DNA from: Geosiphon pyriformis uo1 | Taxonomy: Eukaryota; Fungi; Glomeromycota | Direction: 5' to 3' | NCBI GenBank assembly: GCA_016748015.1 | Contig: JAAOMT010000575.1 | Coordinates: forward strand, 1 to 64,000 | Length of the DNA stretch: 64,000 bases | Shown here: one piece after another, positions 27,647 through 40,394 of the stretch | Position numbering within the stretch: the first letter of the stretch is position 1 | Layout of the letters: each line of letters starts with the position of its first letter | The notes under the pieces: generated by a model | The model's database searches: none | Seen by the model: only the letters and a program-made list of their open reading frames with translations | Told to the model about the DNA's origin: nothing | Program-made: the position numbers and the translations under genes

Positions 27647-29178
27647 ATGTCACCCCAACAACACCTTCTCGCTTTATCCAATGATTTTTGGAATTTATTC
27701 AACACTCAGAAGTTCTCTGATGTTAACATTATAGTTGGCGAAGAGCCCAATATCAAAACTTTTCATGCTCATTCGCAAATTTTAGCAGCAAAATCACCAT
27801 ATTTTGCTATAGCACTCTCTAGTAATTAGATTAAAAGGCAAAACAATACCATTATCTTGGCTAAACCTAATGTTTCACCTAATAATTTTGACATAATTCT
27901 CAGGTAAAGAGTTTCATTTGCTTTTAAGAATTTTAGCCAAAATTAAATCAAATATTTTATTTTCCTGCACAGATACATTTATAATGGTGATATCTCTCTT
28001 GATAAACATGAAGTGCCTACCATTTTAGAATTGCTTGTTACCGCTGATGAGCTTATTCTAGAGAATCTTATTGATACCATTGAAGACTATTTGATTGAAC
28101 ACCATCCAAAAGAGCTTGAAAAAAGTTTCGCCACTTTGCACAACATTTCATTTATGCATGATTCTTTCAAAAAGTCAAAAAAATTTTGCACTGAAATAGC
28201 TGCTAACAATCCAGCTATAATCTTCAACTCGCAAGACTTCACCTCTCTTAGTGAGAATTTTCTTTCCTCAATTTTAACGCGGAATGACCTAAATATGGAA
28301 GAATCTAAAATATGGGAAAAGATTGTGGAATGGGGAGTTGCTAAATTGGATAAAAATTTTCAGATGGAAAAGGTTCTTTACTGGACAGATGAAAACTTTA
28401 ATGTCTTCAAGGAATCCGTTGAAAGACTTCTACCATTGATCCGCTTCTTTAACATATCTGCAGTTTACTTTTATCACAAAGTAAAACCATTTGCGAGAAT
28501 TTTACCTGGAACTTTATGTGAAGATCTTTTACATCATTATCTCGTACCAGGTAGTCAACAAAAGTCTGTAGATGCTCAGCCATCACGTTTTTGCCACTTA
28601 AATACTGATTCAAGGCCTCTTGAATCGCAAGATATAAAACGCCTTGATCGTTGGATTCAAGGCAAAAACAGAAATGCTGTTTTTGAAACTCAACTTGGAA
28701 ATGATTTTAATTTGTTACTTCGAGGTAGTCGAGACGGATTCACTCCAGCCGATTTTCATCGATTATGCGATAATAAAGGAGCAACAGTTAGCGTAATCAA
28801 AGTGAAAGGAACTGGTCAGCTAATAGGTGGCTATAACCCACAATCGTGGTACTCTAGAGGTAGTTGGTTGGATGGAGAAGGAAGTTTTATTTTTACCCTT
28901 GGAGATGGAAATATTAAACTTAGCAGATATGTTGGCGAATGTGGACCTTATGGGAATCTAAATTATGGTCCCTATTTTGAGGTAGTGGTCTTGTATTCGG
29001 TAGCAATGATTTTGGAGGTGGTAGTATTGTATTGGGTAGCAAAGATTTTAAAAATAGATCAGGGTGCTATTGTAAAAAGACAAGAAATTATGAGCATTCT
29101 ATAATGTCTGGATCAGAAAAGCAACGGGTAGATTTTTTAGTCGAGGAGTATGAAGTTTTTCAAATTATAAAAAGATAG
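27647..29178 (+). pseudogene. BTB/POZ-BACK-TLDc protein pseudogene, copy 2 (exons 27647-27903, 27973-29178)
   Basis: Same domains as copy 1, plus BACK-like EESKIWEKIVEWG and LLPLIRFFNIS. In-frame TAG at 27827-27829. A 1-nt deletion near 28979 shifts out the true C-terminus (...DFLVEEYEVFQIIKR*). Confidence 0.88.
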
Positions 29179-32100
29179 ATTCGCTTTTATTTAATTTAAT
29201 TATATATTTCCTGAAGGTTGTGTTATCTATTTTTAAATTTTTCACTGACAAAATATTCTATAGGCTACTATTTTAAGCCCCACAATAAATTTAAAAGAAT
29301 AACATGCTTATTCAGGTTTAACTTGAAAACCGAAAGACTCGTATAAAAATTCGTATGTGAATGAATCTAATGGAATGAATCATTTATTTTAGATCACATG
29401 TTAAAAAAGTGCGAAAGTCGTAAAATTTCTTGCCCCGATGATACTAATCTCGATTTATCATTCTTATGATCAATGATTTCGGTAGGTTCCATTTTGATTC
29501 AGTCGTAAAAAGTGGCTTAAAATCAAGAATAACCATTATATCTCTTAGTTAGCTGCATTCAAAACTTTCTAATAGAAAATAAACAAATAACCCTTCTTAC
29601 TTGCGTGTTTACTTAATCGTTGTCGTGATTCTAAAGGATTCAAACGAAATGGACGAAGGAATAATCAATCTTGAAAATAAATTTCCCAGAAATCAATGAA
29701 GTAAAATAAGTTTTTTAAACTGCCGAGTATTTCTACATATTTGCCTAATGGGTTTTTTATACTATGAATCCATCACAAAATTATCATCGAGGATAGTAAA
29801 ATAATCTTATCTGGTTGATTCAATGTATTTCTAAACATCCCTCTACATGATAGTATTTTTACTTTACAGAGATACTTGGTCTCAGCATCGGTCCAGTTTC
29901 ATTGTTTTGATAAATAGAAATATTATTATTGAACAATAAGGTTATAAGTTATGTTTACTTCAATTTAAAATATAAAGTTTATATTACTTTATACAGTAAT
30001 ATAGATGACATATAATAGTTATATTACACTACCTCATAGTAGATCATTTATTAGTATCTAAAGAGAACCTACTCATTATAAAAATCATATGATCATATGG
30101 AAACTAAAATAACTTATGGAATGTTTCGTAATTGGGTCTACTGGTTCACTGCTTTTACTGTCTTACTAAAATTTCTGGGCTGGTACATCAAGAAACAAAA
30201 ATATTATAGACATCCTAAGATTTTACAATATCTTTCAAAAAATGCTAAGATTGAATGGAATGGGAAAACGGGAGAATTAATTTTTTCATTAAAAACAGAT
30301 GCTCGGTACGAAATTTTTTATATCAAAACTACCTATATAATATTTTACTAAAATATAATTAGACTTAAGTTAAAATAATCTAAAAAATTGAAATAATCAA
30401 GAGATTCAGAAAAACCACCTCATTTTCAAAATGTTATTTCTCTTTTGAATTTTTTTTGGATAGTTGTTTAATTTTCTGTTCTCCTTAATTTTTCAATATT
30501 TCAAAATTCTTATTTTCGGAAACATTGACATCTAAATACAACTAGTATTATGCTAATATCATCCTAACTGTTTCTTATTATGAAATAATCGCCATTAAAT
30601 AAAGGCCTGATTTAAATTTTATGAAAATTAGTGCATTTAAGTGAATTAAAAGACTGTATATAAACAGAGATCAAAGAATAACTAGTATTATTAATACAAA
30701 ATTCTTCAAAACATTCTTTCAAATAGCTTTACAATCACTCTGCAATTCTCTTTATTAAATAAAAAGCTATATTATATTATTAAACATCATAAATAATTTT
30801 TAATTATGCTAAAATTTTGATATTCAAACAACACTTCTATCTTTTCTAATTCTACTTTTTTATTTTCATTTAGTTATTGAACCAGCTCTTTTACAAATCC
30901 ATATGATTAATCAAACTTTAGATTGAAGATAAACAAATAGTATTTTCCAAATTGTAATGAAAAGACAAATTTTTAGTATGTAGTTTATGGAATAATATCT
31001 AATAATGTTGTAGACTATAAAAGATTTGAGAAATAACATAATAAAAATAAAAGCATAAGCTGTAGAAATAAAAAAACAGCAAAAAATATAATTAATTAAC
31101 ATAATTAAAATCTTGTTTCTTTTTGTTTTATATTGATTATTTGACTTGCCTAAAATACTTTGAAATAATTATTATCAAATAGCTTTAATTTTAATTTCTC
31201 GGAATTTTTTTTAGTATTTCACATTATTTTTACAAACTAAAACTTTTTGTTTTATATTAATTTTCTAAATAACTTAAAATTATTTTACAAAAATAAAGCA
31301 TAATAAAAATAACTAGCTCTATTTATTAATAATTAAATTATTTACCTAAAAACTGATTTAAATCTTAAGTGTCACAATATTAATACTTTTGAAAAATTTG
31401 GTTGTTTTTATCAAATGATTTTGTTTTTAAAAGTATAATATTTGGCAATTATTAAATAAGCACTAATTTGTTTATTTTAAAATTCTAAAAATTTTTGAAC
31501 TATTCTTTAATATTGTATATAGCTTTTTTTAAAATAATTTTTATCACAATTATTATGCTTATTTCATGTAAATACATTATTTTTAATTATATTTTTATTT
31601 AGTATTTGTTTTTTTTTCAAGAATAAATATTTTTAGATTAACTCCTTTATATTGGGTTTATTGGAATTTGTGATATTAATACTTCGTCAAAAACTATAGA
31701 TTTTTTATTGTTATTTTTAGGAAATTTTCGCATATTTACATTTAATATAGATTAAACAAAAATTTGAGACCTTCATAAAAATTTTGAAATTCATAATATT
31801 TTTCAATTTTACTAACAATAATTCGAATGTTTCTTTGCTCAAAAATTACATATTTTTTTTAGAAATATATTCCTGACAAAATGACCAAAAACTTGAGCAA
31901 AATCTTCAAATTCTTTGCTTAAAATAGATTTTGCCTAAATATAACGAATTCGTCAAATGTAGACATTTCATTATGAATGACCTAATATTAGATAGAAAAT
32001 ACAGTACATATATTGTCCAAATACAAGTGAGGTTATCCAAGCGATCCAAAAATTAGTTGAAGATAGATATCCCATTATAATTTAATGTGAGATATAAAAT

Positions 32101-33360
32101 ACAGTATGGAATAAACTTTAAATCAAGCCAAAACAGCAAAGGAAGTTTTCATTGTCTTTATATAAACATTTAAGTAGTTTTCATAGTTAAAGTAAAAATT
32201 ATCAAAAATACAAGAATTAAGCAGGTTAATTTTCTATAAAAATAAGAAAACTTATAAAGTAATGATAATATTAAATAAAAAGCTCTCAAAGAACAGCATT
32301 AGATTTTTATTGGCTTTAACGGCATTTATTTTGATAGATTAGGACAAAAATAAATTTAACCTTTTACAAATTGGAAAAATTCAATTCTGATTAAAAGCGC
32401 ACAGTATAAAAACTTGTTTTAGAATTCCTAGATTGAAAAGTTTAAAAAAATGCAAGATTTTTGCAGATTATATGCTAATATTAAATAAAGATACTCTTTT
32501 ATCTGAAAAAACGTGAAAACTTATTTTGGATTTAAAATTCCAGTGAGAAAAAGATTTTTGATTTACTGTAAAATTATTTTACAATGCTAATTGAAAGATC
32601 AATGTTAAAATGAGAGGAAATATTATAACAAAGATATTTTATGAAGATTTGATTATTTTTCTATACACACAATTGATTGATAATATTTTAAATCCTTTTA
32701 AATAGATTTTATTCTTTTGTTACTATTGTTTAGAAATCTCTAATTAAAAAATAAAATTTTACTTTTGGCGATGGGAATATTTCTTTATAATAAATTAGAA
32801 GCTGCAGCCATTAGAAATTTCAATTTAAAACGCATTAATCACATTTACCATACGAAATTTAAACATATTAAAAAATTGTAATATATATATATATATATGA
32901 GATCATTTCTGTGGAATAAAGTTATTTATTTATTTATTTATTTATTCGTTTGTTCATTTTGAAAACGCAATACAAAGTTTCTATAGCTTAATTGACCATA
33001 TTCCAAATGTTAAAATTATAGGAGATGTTTGATATTTTTGGTACACTCATATCAAAATAAATTCAAATAAACTCCTTAAAAGTTCTCAATTTTTAACCAA
33101 ATTCCATATGAACTAATATAATTGCATATTATAAAATCATTATTATATGTACACGCATTTTGGAATATCCTATCAATCATGTGCATATGATATTAACCCA
33201 ACAGAACAAATGATAGCTTTGAATATAGTTTTTTCCGAAGATTTTCATAATAAAAAATAAGTAATGTCGGTCAAAATTTAAAGAAAAATATTTCAAGAGA
33301 TTCAATAATAGGACTTTTTTGATATTATTCATAATAAACTCATGGAAAAGTAAATAACTG

Positions 33361-34670
33361 ATGAAACGAATGGAATTGTTATTTCGTCTCATCAAGAGAA
33401 ACAATTTTTTTTGGATTACTATATTCTTATGCTTGATCTTTTCAGCTACGAACTCTTCTGCTGATGAGAAGGAGCCCGAGTATTCCGACGCTCCATCATG
33501 GCAAACATTTTTTTCAACTGAAAATTTATTCAAATTGCTCCAACAAGCTCCAATAAAGGACAGTTCTACTCAAACCCAAATAACAAAGAAAACAAGTCTA
33601 TCATTTTTGTCCAAGGTGACAAGATTGACGCAGGAAATTTATTGCCAGAACAATTCAGAATTGATGATTGCGCCTGGGATATATGGTAAGTGAAAGAAAC
33701 GTTAAACTGAAATTATATTAAAAGAAACCAATTGAAAAAATAAAATTTCGACAATTTAGCTTGGATATCTTCTCTCCAAGATAAAATTGAATCTCCACAC
33801 CAAGATAAGATTTATGAGTACTATAAGGAAACGTGGTTGGGTTACGCAATAATTGCAAGATTTAGAACTCCAGAATTAAATTATAATGAGCTTATTGCCA
33901 TGGGCAAAAAGCCAAAAACGGTACCTTTTCCTTATAATAGAAAAGCTATGATATTAGGAGACTTTTTCACAAAATATTGGGATCTCGCAAATCAGATTGC
34001 TGAAAGTTTGAAATTTTATGGAGAGGAAGTAGTTTATACATATGATGCTTTTATTTTTACTGGACATGGCGGGGGAGCAGGTAAAAGTTTAAATAAATAA
34101 AAGATAAATTTTTTAAATATTTCCTAGCCAATTAATTTTTTTATTTCAATTTTTTCACAGTACTAGCAACTTTCACCGCATTGGTTTTCCAGCATAAGTG
34201 GCCTAAAAGGAAAATAAAATTGGTAACCTATGGAGCCCCACGTATAGGAAACTACTTTTTTATAATGTATTTACAGTCACGGTTCTGGGTTGAACGGGTA
34301 ACAGTCCGTCAAGATAATGTTCCCCTATTCTTTGGAAACAAATATTTGACTCACACTGCCTATGAAACTTGGATTGCTGGAGATGAAGATTGTGATTGTT
34401 CAGATATTAACGAGAACGTAAAACCAGAGATATATCGATGTACCAATTTTGTGGGTGGTGAGAATATGGTTTGTTCGAGCTTTATAATTTGGGATGATAT
34501 GCTAAATTTTATTTCTCTTCCTCTTTTACTCACCTTATTAATTCAAACTTTTCTAGAAATGTAACTTAAAATTCGAGCCACCAAAACCTACATTTCCGGA
34601 ACAAAGACCAAGTGACCATTTAGGACCATATTTCAATTATATAATGTCTCCTGAAGGATGTAAAAGATAA
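33361..34670 (+). CDS. Probably secreted class-3 lipase-like alpha/beta hydrolase lacking the catalytic Ser; 4 exons (33361-33685, 33760-34080, 34161-34468, 34557-34670), 355 aa
   Basis: Hydrophobic N-terminal segment, FTGHGGGAVLA at the GHSLGG position, TYGAPRIGN, RVTVRQDNVP, HTAYETWI, and C-terminal HLGPYF. Splicing keeps the frame open. Confidence 0.87.
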
Positions 34671-36643
34671 ATTTATTTCTTGACATTGAAAGAAACAGTT
34701 TTAGTACCAAATCCAACATTATACCTGTCAAATCTTTATCCTTCTCTTTAAAGTATGCATGTTTCAACCTTTGGATTTTGATATAATTTTCATTTATTAT
34801 TAAATGCTGAGAAGTGTGATCCAACTATGACCTACAAACATGACAGGAAATGACACATAGTAGGGGTAGCTTACGTGTTTGCTAGGTGTAATCAGTCACC
34901 CATTTCATTTTTAAAATATTTTTTATGTTAATTTATTTAACTCTAGAATTTTCATAAAAAATAAATATAATCTTTAAATCTACTCTTTAAAATCAAAAAA
35001 TTATTATCTAAGCAATCATGGCTTTATTTTATACTTGATTATAATTTATTATTTCTACTCATGTTTTGATAATTATGTTTTTTAATTTTATTGTTAAAAT
35101 TATTTTGATTTATTAAAGTTTTAAGTTTACATAGTTGGAGTCAGTTAAGTGAATAAGATAAGTTTTATTACAATTGACATAAATTGTTAATTAGTCAAGA
35201 TTTAGTGTTACATATTTCGGTACATTAATTATTATTTAACACATATCTTAACACAAAATTTTATAAATAAATATGTATTTAAATAAAACAAAAAACCCAT
35301 ATAAAATTTAGTTTAACTTAATTTAATTAATTTTTATTAATATTATTTATAATTGAAATGTTCATTGAAATTAAGATAAAGCCGATTGGAAAGTTCATAA
35401 TAGCATAAGTTTATGAGTGTTTTTTTAATGGTAAGTTTTTATACAATTTTGTAGAGGTATTAGCCAAATTTTTTAAAATATCATTTGACAAACCGAATTC
35501 AAAAAAAGTCAAATAAATAAAACATGATTTTTTTGTTATGAATTAAATATATATAGTTACATATTAAATCAAGCTTTTTAAAAATAAAATCTCTTAAGTA
35601 AAAACTTTCATTAGAATTTTTTTGCTCTCAAAATACTTTTTCAAAAGCTAAATTATCAATTTTAATAAAAGTAAATTTTTTTGTTTTTTGAAGAGATTTA
35701 CTGTTAATTAGAAGCTTTTTATGAAGTGTATAACTATAATTAACAATTGTTTTCAGTAACAAACCAATTTTTTATATATGAAAAACAATTCACTACTTTA
35801 AAGATAAAATATAACTATAAAAAATGCATAAATATAAAAATAATTCCTATTTTTATAATACTTTATAATTCTATTGAGATTAAAACTTCATACTTAGAAC
35901 TATAATCTGCTTACTTAACATAATATTTAATTATTATTTACAGAGCCAAGCCGAAATGAAGATATGTATAAAAAAAATTGTTGTCATTAAAAAAATTTTT
36001 TCTAGTTTAAAAAAATTTGAATTTTACTTTCAAAAATTTAATTTTTAAAACTAGGCTAGTTTTTAAAACGTTATCAAGTTAAATTGAATAATAATTTGTA
36101 ATAATTGTTATTTTAATACATTCCTTACTATTTATAGATAGCTAATATAGTTTTAAATAAATTTTTATAGATATTTTTATCATTCATGGAACACAAAATA
36201 ATAAAAATGTAAAGTGTCCCATGACTTTTTTCCACCCAGTATATATGATTTTGTCAATCAGCTTTTAAAAAATATTTTCAAAGCCAAATCTAGTACTATT
36301 CATATTAAGTAAGCTTACTTTCAAAATTTGACCAAACAGTTATGATACAATAATATACTTTATCTAGTATTCAAGCTTTTTGGGACATGGTTGGATCAAA
36401 TAATATATTATCACTTTAATATGTTTCTCAATTTTGGTATCATTTTTTTTTTGAGATATTTGTCATTTCATGTTTTATCTCACCCATTTTATTTGAAGTC
36501 TCAAAAATATTCCTCTTCCATTATGGTCATATGGAACTATCATATTAATCTTAGAAGAATCAATGATTTACTAATATTGATTAAATCTAAACCAAGAAGA
36601 CATCCTCAAATTGGTTAACACTCGGGAGTTTAAAGAATTTACC

Positions 36644-39600
36644 TTATCTTTTTTCAAAAATCACCCCATCATTTGAAGAAATACGATTGTCTTCAAACAT
36701 AAGTTTTTTTGGTTTAGTACCACTTACCAAACTAATCTTATAATTTCGTATAATTATTGAAAAAAAGTTCTTAATTTGAAGCATTGCAAAAAAGTGACCA
36801 GGACAAGTTTTTTGGCCAAGTCTAAATGATAAATAAGCACGATCAATTTGAGTAATTGTTCCACCTTTATTGAGATATCTAACAGGATTAAATTTAGTCG
36901 GATTGGAGCCTTGAAGTTCTTTACTTTGAGTGACACTTAAAAGGTCAATGAATACTGTTCTTTCTATAAATATAGTTAAAAAAGATTATTATTATTCAAG
37001 TTTAGTAGTATTAAATTTGAAAAATATTCAAACTGCTGCATAGCACTTTACTTGAGGGAAGCTGATATCCATTTGAAAGCGTGATTGGTGATAAAGAACT
37101 GTTGGCTTTTTGTTGTCCAACTAAAAGCCAGAAAAAAATTTAGTATAAAAATAGTCAGAAAATAAGAGAATAATAAAATTTGAAAACTGCTTATGAAAAT
37201 GCTCATTATATCTTATCAATTCTTTAAGAAAACTATCAAGTTTCACCATCTTTTCAATTTGATTGAGTGCAGGAAATCTGTCAGTTCCAAATCTTTTAGC
37301 AATTTTATGTTGTTCTTCTAATAGCTCTTTTTAATAATCAGTATTGGCTGCATAGTCTAAACAGATTTAGAACTATATTAAAAATTAATAAATAGTTTTT
37401 TATATATTTGATTAATAATAATAATAATAATAATAAAAGATTGGCTTACCTATAATTGTATATGTTAGCTTAAGACTCGTCATAAAAATAGAAGTGAAAA
37501 CTAATCTATAAATGTGAATGGCCATGTGATTGTAATTTATGTTTTCTTTTTCACCAACCAAACCACCATCTAACAGCATTTGTATGACATCAAGCTATTT
37601 AAAAATAATAATAAGATCAGACAAAAATAATAATAAAGAAATAATTTTCTCTTTGATTTAAATATTTACTGGTGAATTGTATTTATCTTTCTGTTCTTTC
37701 ATCTCTTTAATACATTTTTCAACAATTGGTGCAAGTTTCTTTATTAAGTTGGCTTGATGCTTTTCTACTGAGTTCTTTTTTAGTCTGATCTTCCAATTGT
37801 GAGAAGTTTAAGGAATCATAAATATTTAATACTTATTATCTATAGGCTATAAAAAGCAAATTCAAACATACAGTAATAATTGTTTATGAAGCCAAGGATG
37901 AACAAAAGCCAATGTTTGAAAAGTTTGAAAAATTTTATGGACATTATTAGAATAATTAGCAAAAGAGAGTAATAATTTTTCGTTCTTGAAGAGTTTCTAA
38001 TTTTTGACCAACCAAATACTCTAAGTACCTAGATTATAAGAATTTAAATCATCTGGTGATTAAAAATTTCCTCATCTTCCCCAAAAATACCAATGCAGTT
38101 ACAAATGCTAAGATTTCTTGACTTTTATTCAATATAAAATAAATGGTCTTAGGTTCTTTAAGAGAAAGAAAAAGAGAGAAAAAGAGAGAAAGAGAGAGAA
38201 AACCAAAGTATAGTTGGCTATATTACTGGAAAGATAAAAATTCTGTTAAAAAACTAAAAATTTTGAAACCTTTAGAAAGCCCAATATATTTTTCGATTGA
38301 TATTTTGATTTAAGATTGAAGCTTTTCATTAAGTTTTGGGAGAAGTAATGAAATTTCAATTGCCAGATGCTTGGTAATTTTGTGCGTTAATAGACCAGTA
38401 GAACCTAAAAGTTGCATAATAAGAAACATCTTCACAGTATTGTGATAAAGGTTTCAAAAAAAATTAGAAAATATAACAATTTCTTAAAAAATTTTAAAAT
38501 TAAATAGCATATCATATCAAGGGCTTCTAAAAAGTCTACATCCTTATGTTTTATGAATTTAGGTGCAGAATCTTTTCCAACAACAGTATAAACTTTGCTG
38601 TATTGATAAATATTGTACATACAAGGGGGTATAAAAAGTATTGGACACTTTTATAATATGTTATATAAAAGAACTAACTTATGAATTGTTAATTTTTTAT
38701 TATTATATTAAAATACATATTAGTATTTTGTTTAACCCTCATTTGCTTCAAGAATAGCTTGAACTTGACATGGCATAGACTTGATCAAATTACAATAGTA
38801 ATTTACAGATATTGCATCCCATTCTTCCTTAACCTACTGTTCCAATTATACAATATTTGAGGGTTGTAAATTACATTGACAAATTTTAACTTCAATATAT
38901 GACCAAAAATTTTCTATTGGAGTAATATTAGGACTTTGTGCTGGCCAAGGAAGTAATTTATCATTTAAAGAGATAAGAAAAAAACATGCAACTTTTGATG
39001 TGTGGATTGGTGCATTGTCTTCCTGAAAAAAAACTTTTTTTTAGTTTTTTTTGCATAATTAGCCAAAGTTTTGTGGTGTATAACTCCAGTAATATGACCA
39101 ACCAAAGGAACTAAAGAACCCAAACTAACCCATAAAAAACATCCCCAAAACATGTGACAAAGCTTTTTCTAACTATGGCTGCAATACAATCTTTATGAAA
39201 CTCTTTGGAAAGTTTACACTATATATGTCCAAATCTTGTAGTTCTAAATTATATATATGTAAATTCATTTGATCAAACAACTCATTTAAAATTTTTTACT
39301 GTCCAATTTTTATAAGTACAAGCCCATTGTAAATGTTTTTCTTTATTTGATTTGGAAATTAATGGCTTAAGATAAGGAATACATGAGCGAAGTCTTTCTT
39401 GAGCTAATCTATTTCAAATAGTTTGTATAGAAATAGATTTGTTAGTATCTTTAATAAAATTCAATCGTATTTGAGAAAAAGTTTGGTGGCAAGTTTCTTT
39501 ATTCTTCATTATTGAATATTTGAATTGTTCATGTGTGCATTTGTCAAGAATTTGTGGTTGGCCCGTTCATTTTTTAGGAAGTTTTTTTAGCTCGTATGAC

Positions 39601-40394
39601 TTCTATACACATATTACAGAAGAACTGAACATCCAATAGTCGTGAAAATCTTACTGTTTGTATGTCTTAACTTTATTGCTGAAATAATCCCTCCTTTTTG
39701 GTATTCAGAAAGTTATTTTCCAAGACACATTTGATGCAGTAAATTTTTTCATGACAAGAATGTTTGATATTTTATATATATGCATATGATCTACTGTTGT
39801 GTTTTACAAGGATGCGATTTATGTTGATTTGTAGATTATAACTATAAGTAATTATAAAAAAAATTATGATTTAAATTGGTAATAGTATTACTATATATAA
39901 TCTTTTTTATATATTATATTAAGTGTTTAATACTTTTTATACTTTTCTGTATCTCCATACTAGAAAAAAACAAAAATATAGTGAATTAAATAATAATAAT
40001 AATAATAATAATAATAGAAACCTAGATTATCTAATAAAAACTTTTTCCCAGTATCTGTTTAAAAAGCCTTCACAATCAGCTTGAATCTCATAAGTATGCC
40101 TGATTAAGAGATATTTATAAGGAACAAGAGGTGGTTCATTCTTTAAAATTATTTTAATAATGGTCAAAAAACATTAGAAAAAAAGAAACTATTTGAGGAT
40201 TTAATGCTTAACTTAATACCAACCAAATTATACTTTGGCTTTCTTATATAATAAACTTTTAAAGCCAGAATTATTATAAAAAGCAAAAAGGGCCCAAAAT
40301 TAAAAACAGCAGTGGTGAAATTAATTATATTTCCACAATTAATCTCAAAAATAGTAATGGAAGTAGGAGTAATGGAATAGAGCTTTTATATCAT
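36644..40394 (-). pseudogene. Cytochrome P450 pseudogene interrupted by a Tc1 element
   Basis: Minus-strand fragments in P450 order: NEPPLVPYKY (~40130), YGD|MYNIYQYSKVYTVVGK, I-helix LVFTSIFMTS (~37490), MVKLDSFLKELIR (~37230), SFRLGQKTCPGHFFA (~36800), VIFEKR*. Multiple stops. Confidence 0.85.
38622..39949 (-). mobile_element. Tc1/mariner DNA transposon, full length but degenerate (transposase ~38720-39730)
   Basis: Imperfect ~30-bp TIRs (caagggggtataaaaagtattggacactt / aagtgtttaatactttttatacttttctg) flanked by TA at 38620-21 and 39950-51. Motifs MFWGCF, FQEDNAPIH, WPAQSPNITPIENFW and SMPCQVQAILEANEG*TKY. Confidence 0.9.

Noticed and set aside
28013-29104. 363-aa ORF as an intact gene
   Set aside because: It starts at GTG inside exon 2, lacks the BTB N-terminus, and its C-terminus is frameshifted.
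30000-31100. 84-aa ORF and possible decayed transposase
   Set aside because: No recognisable motif; cannot be supported.
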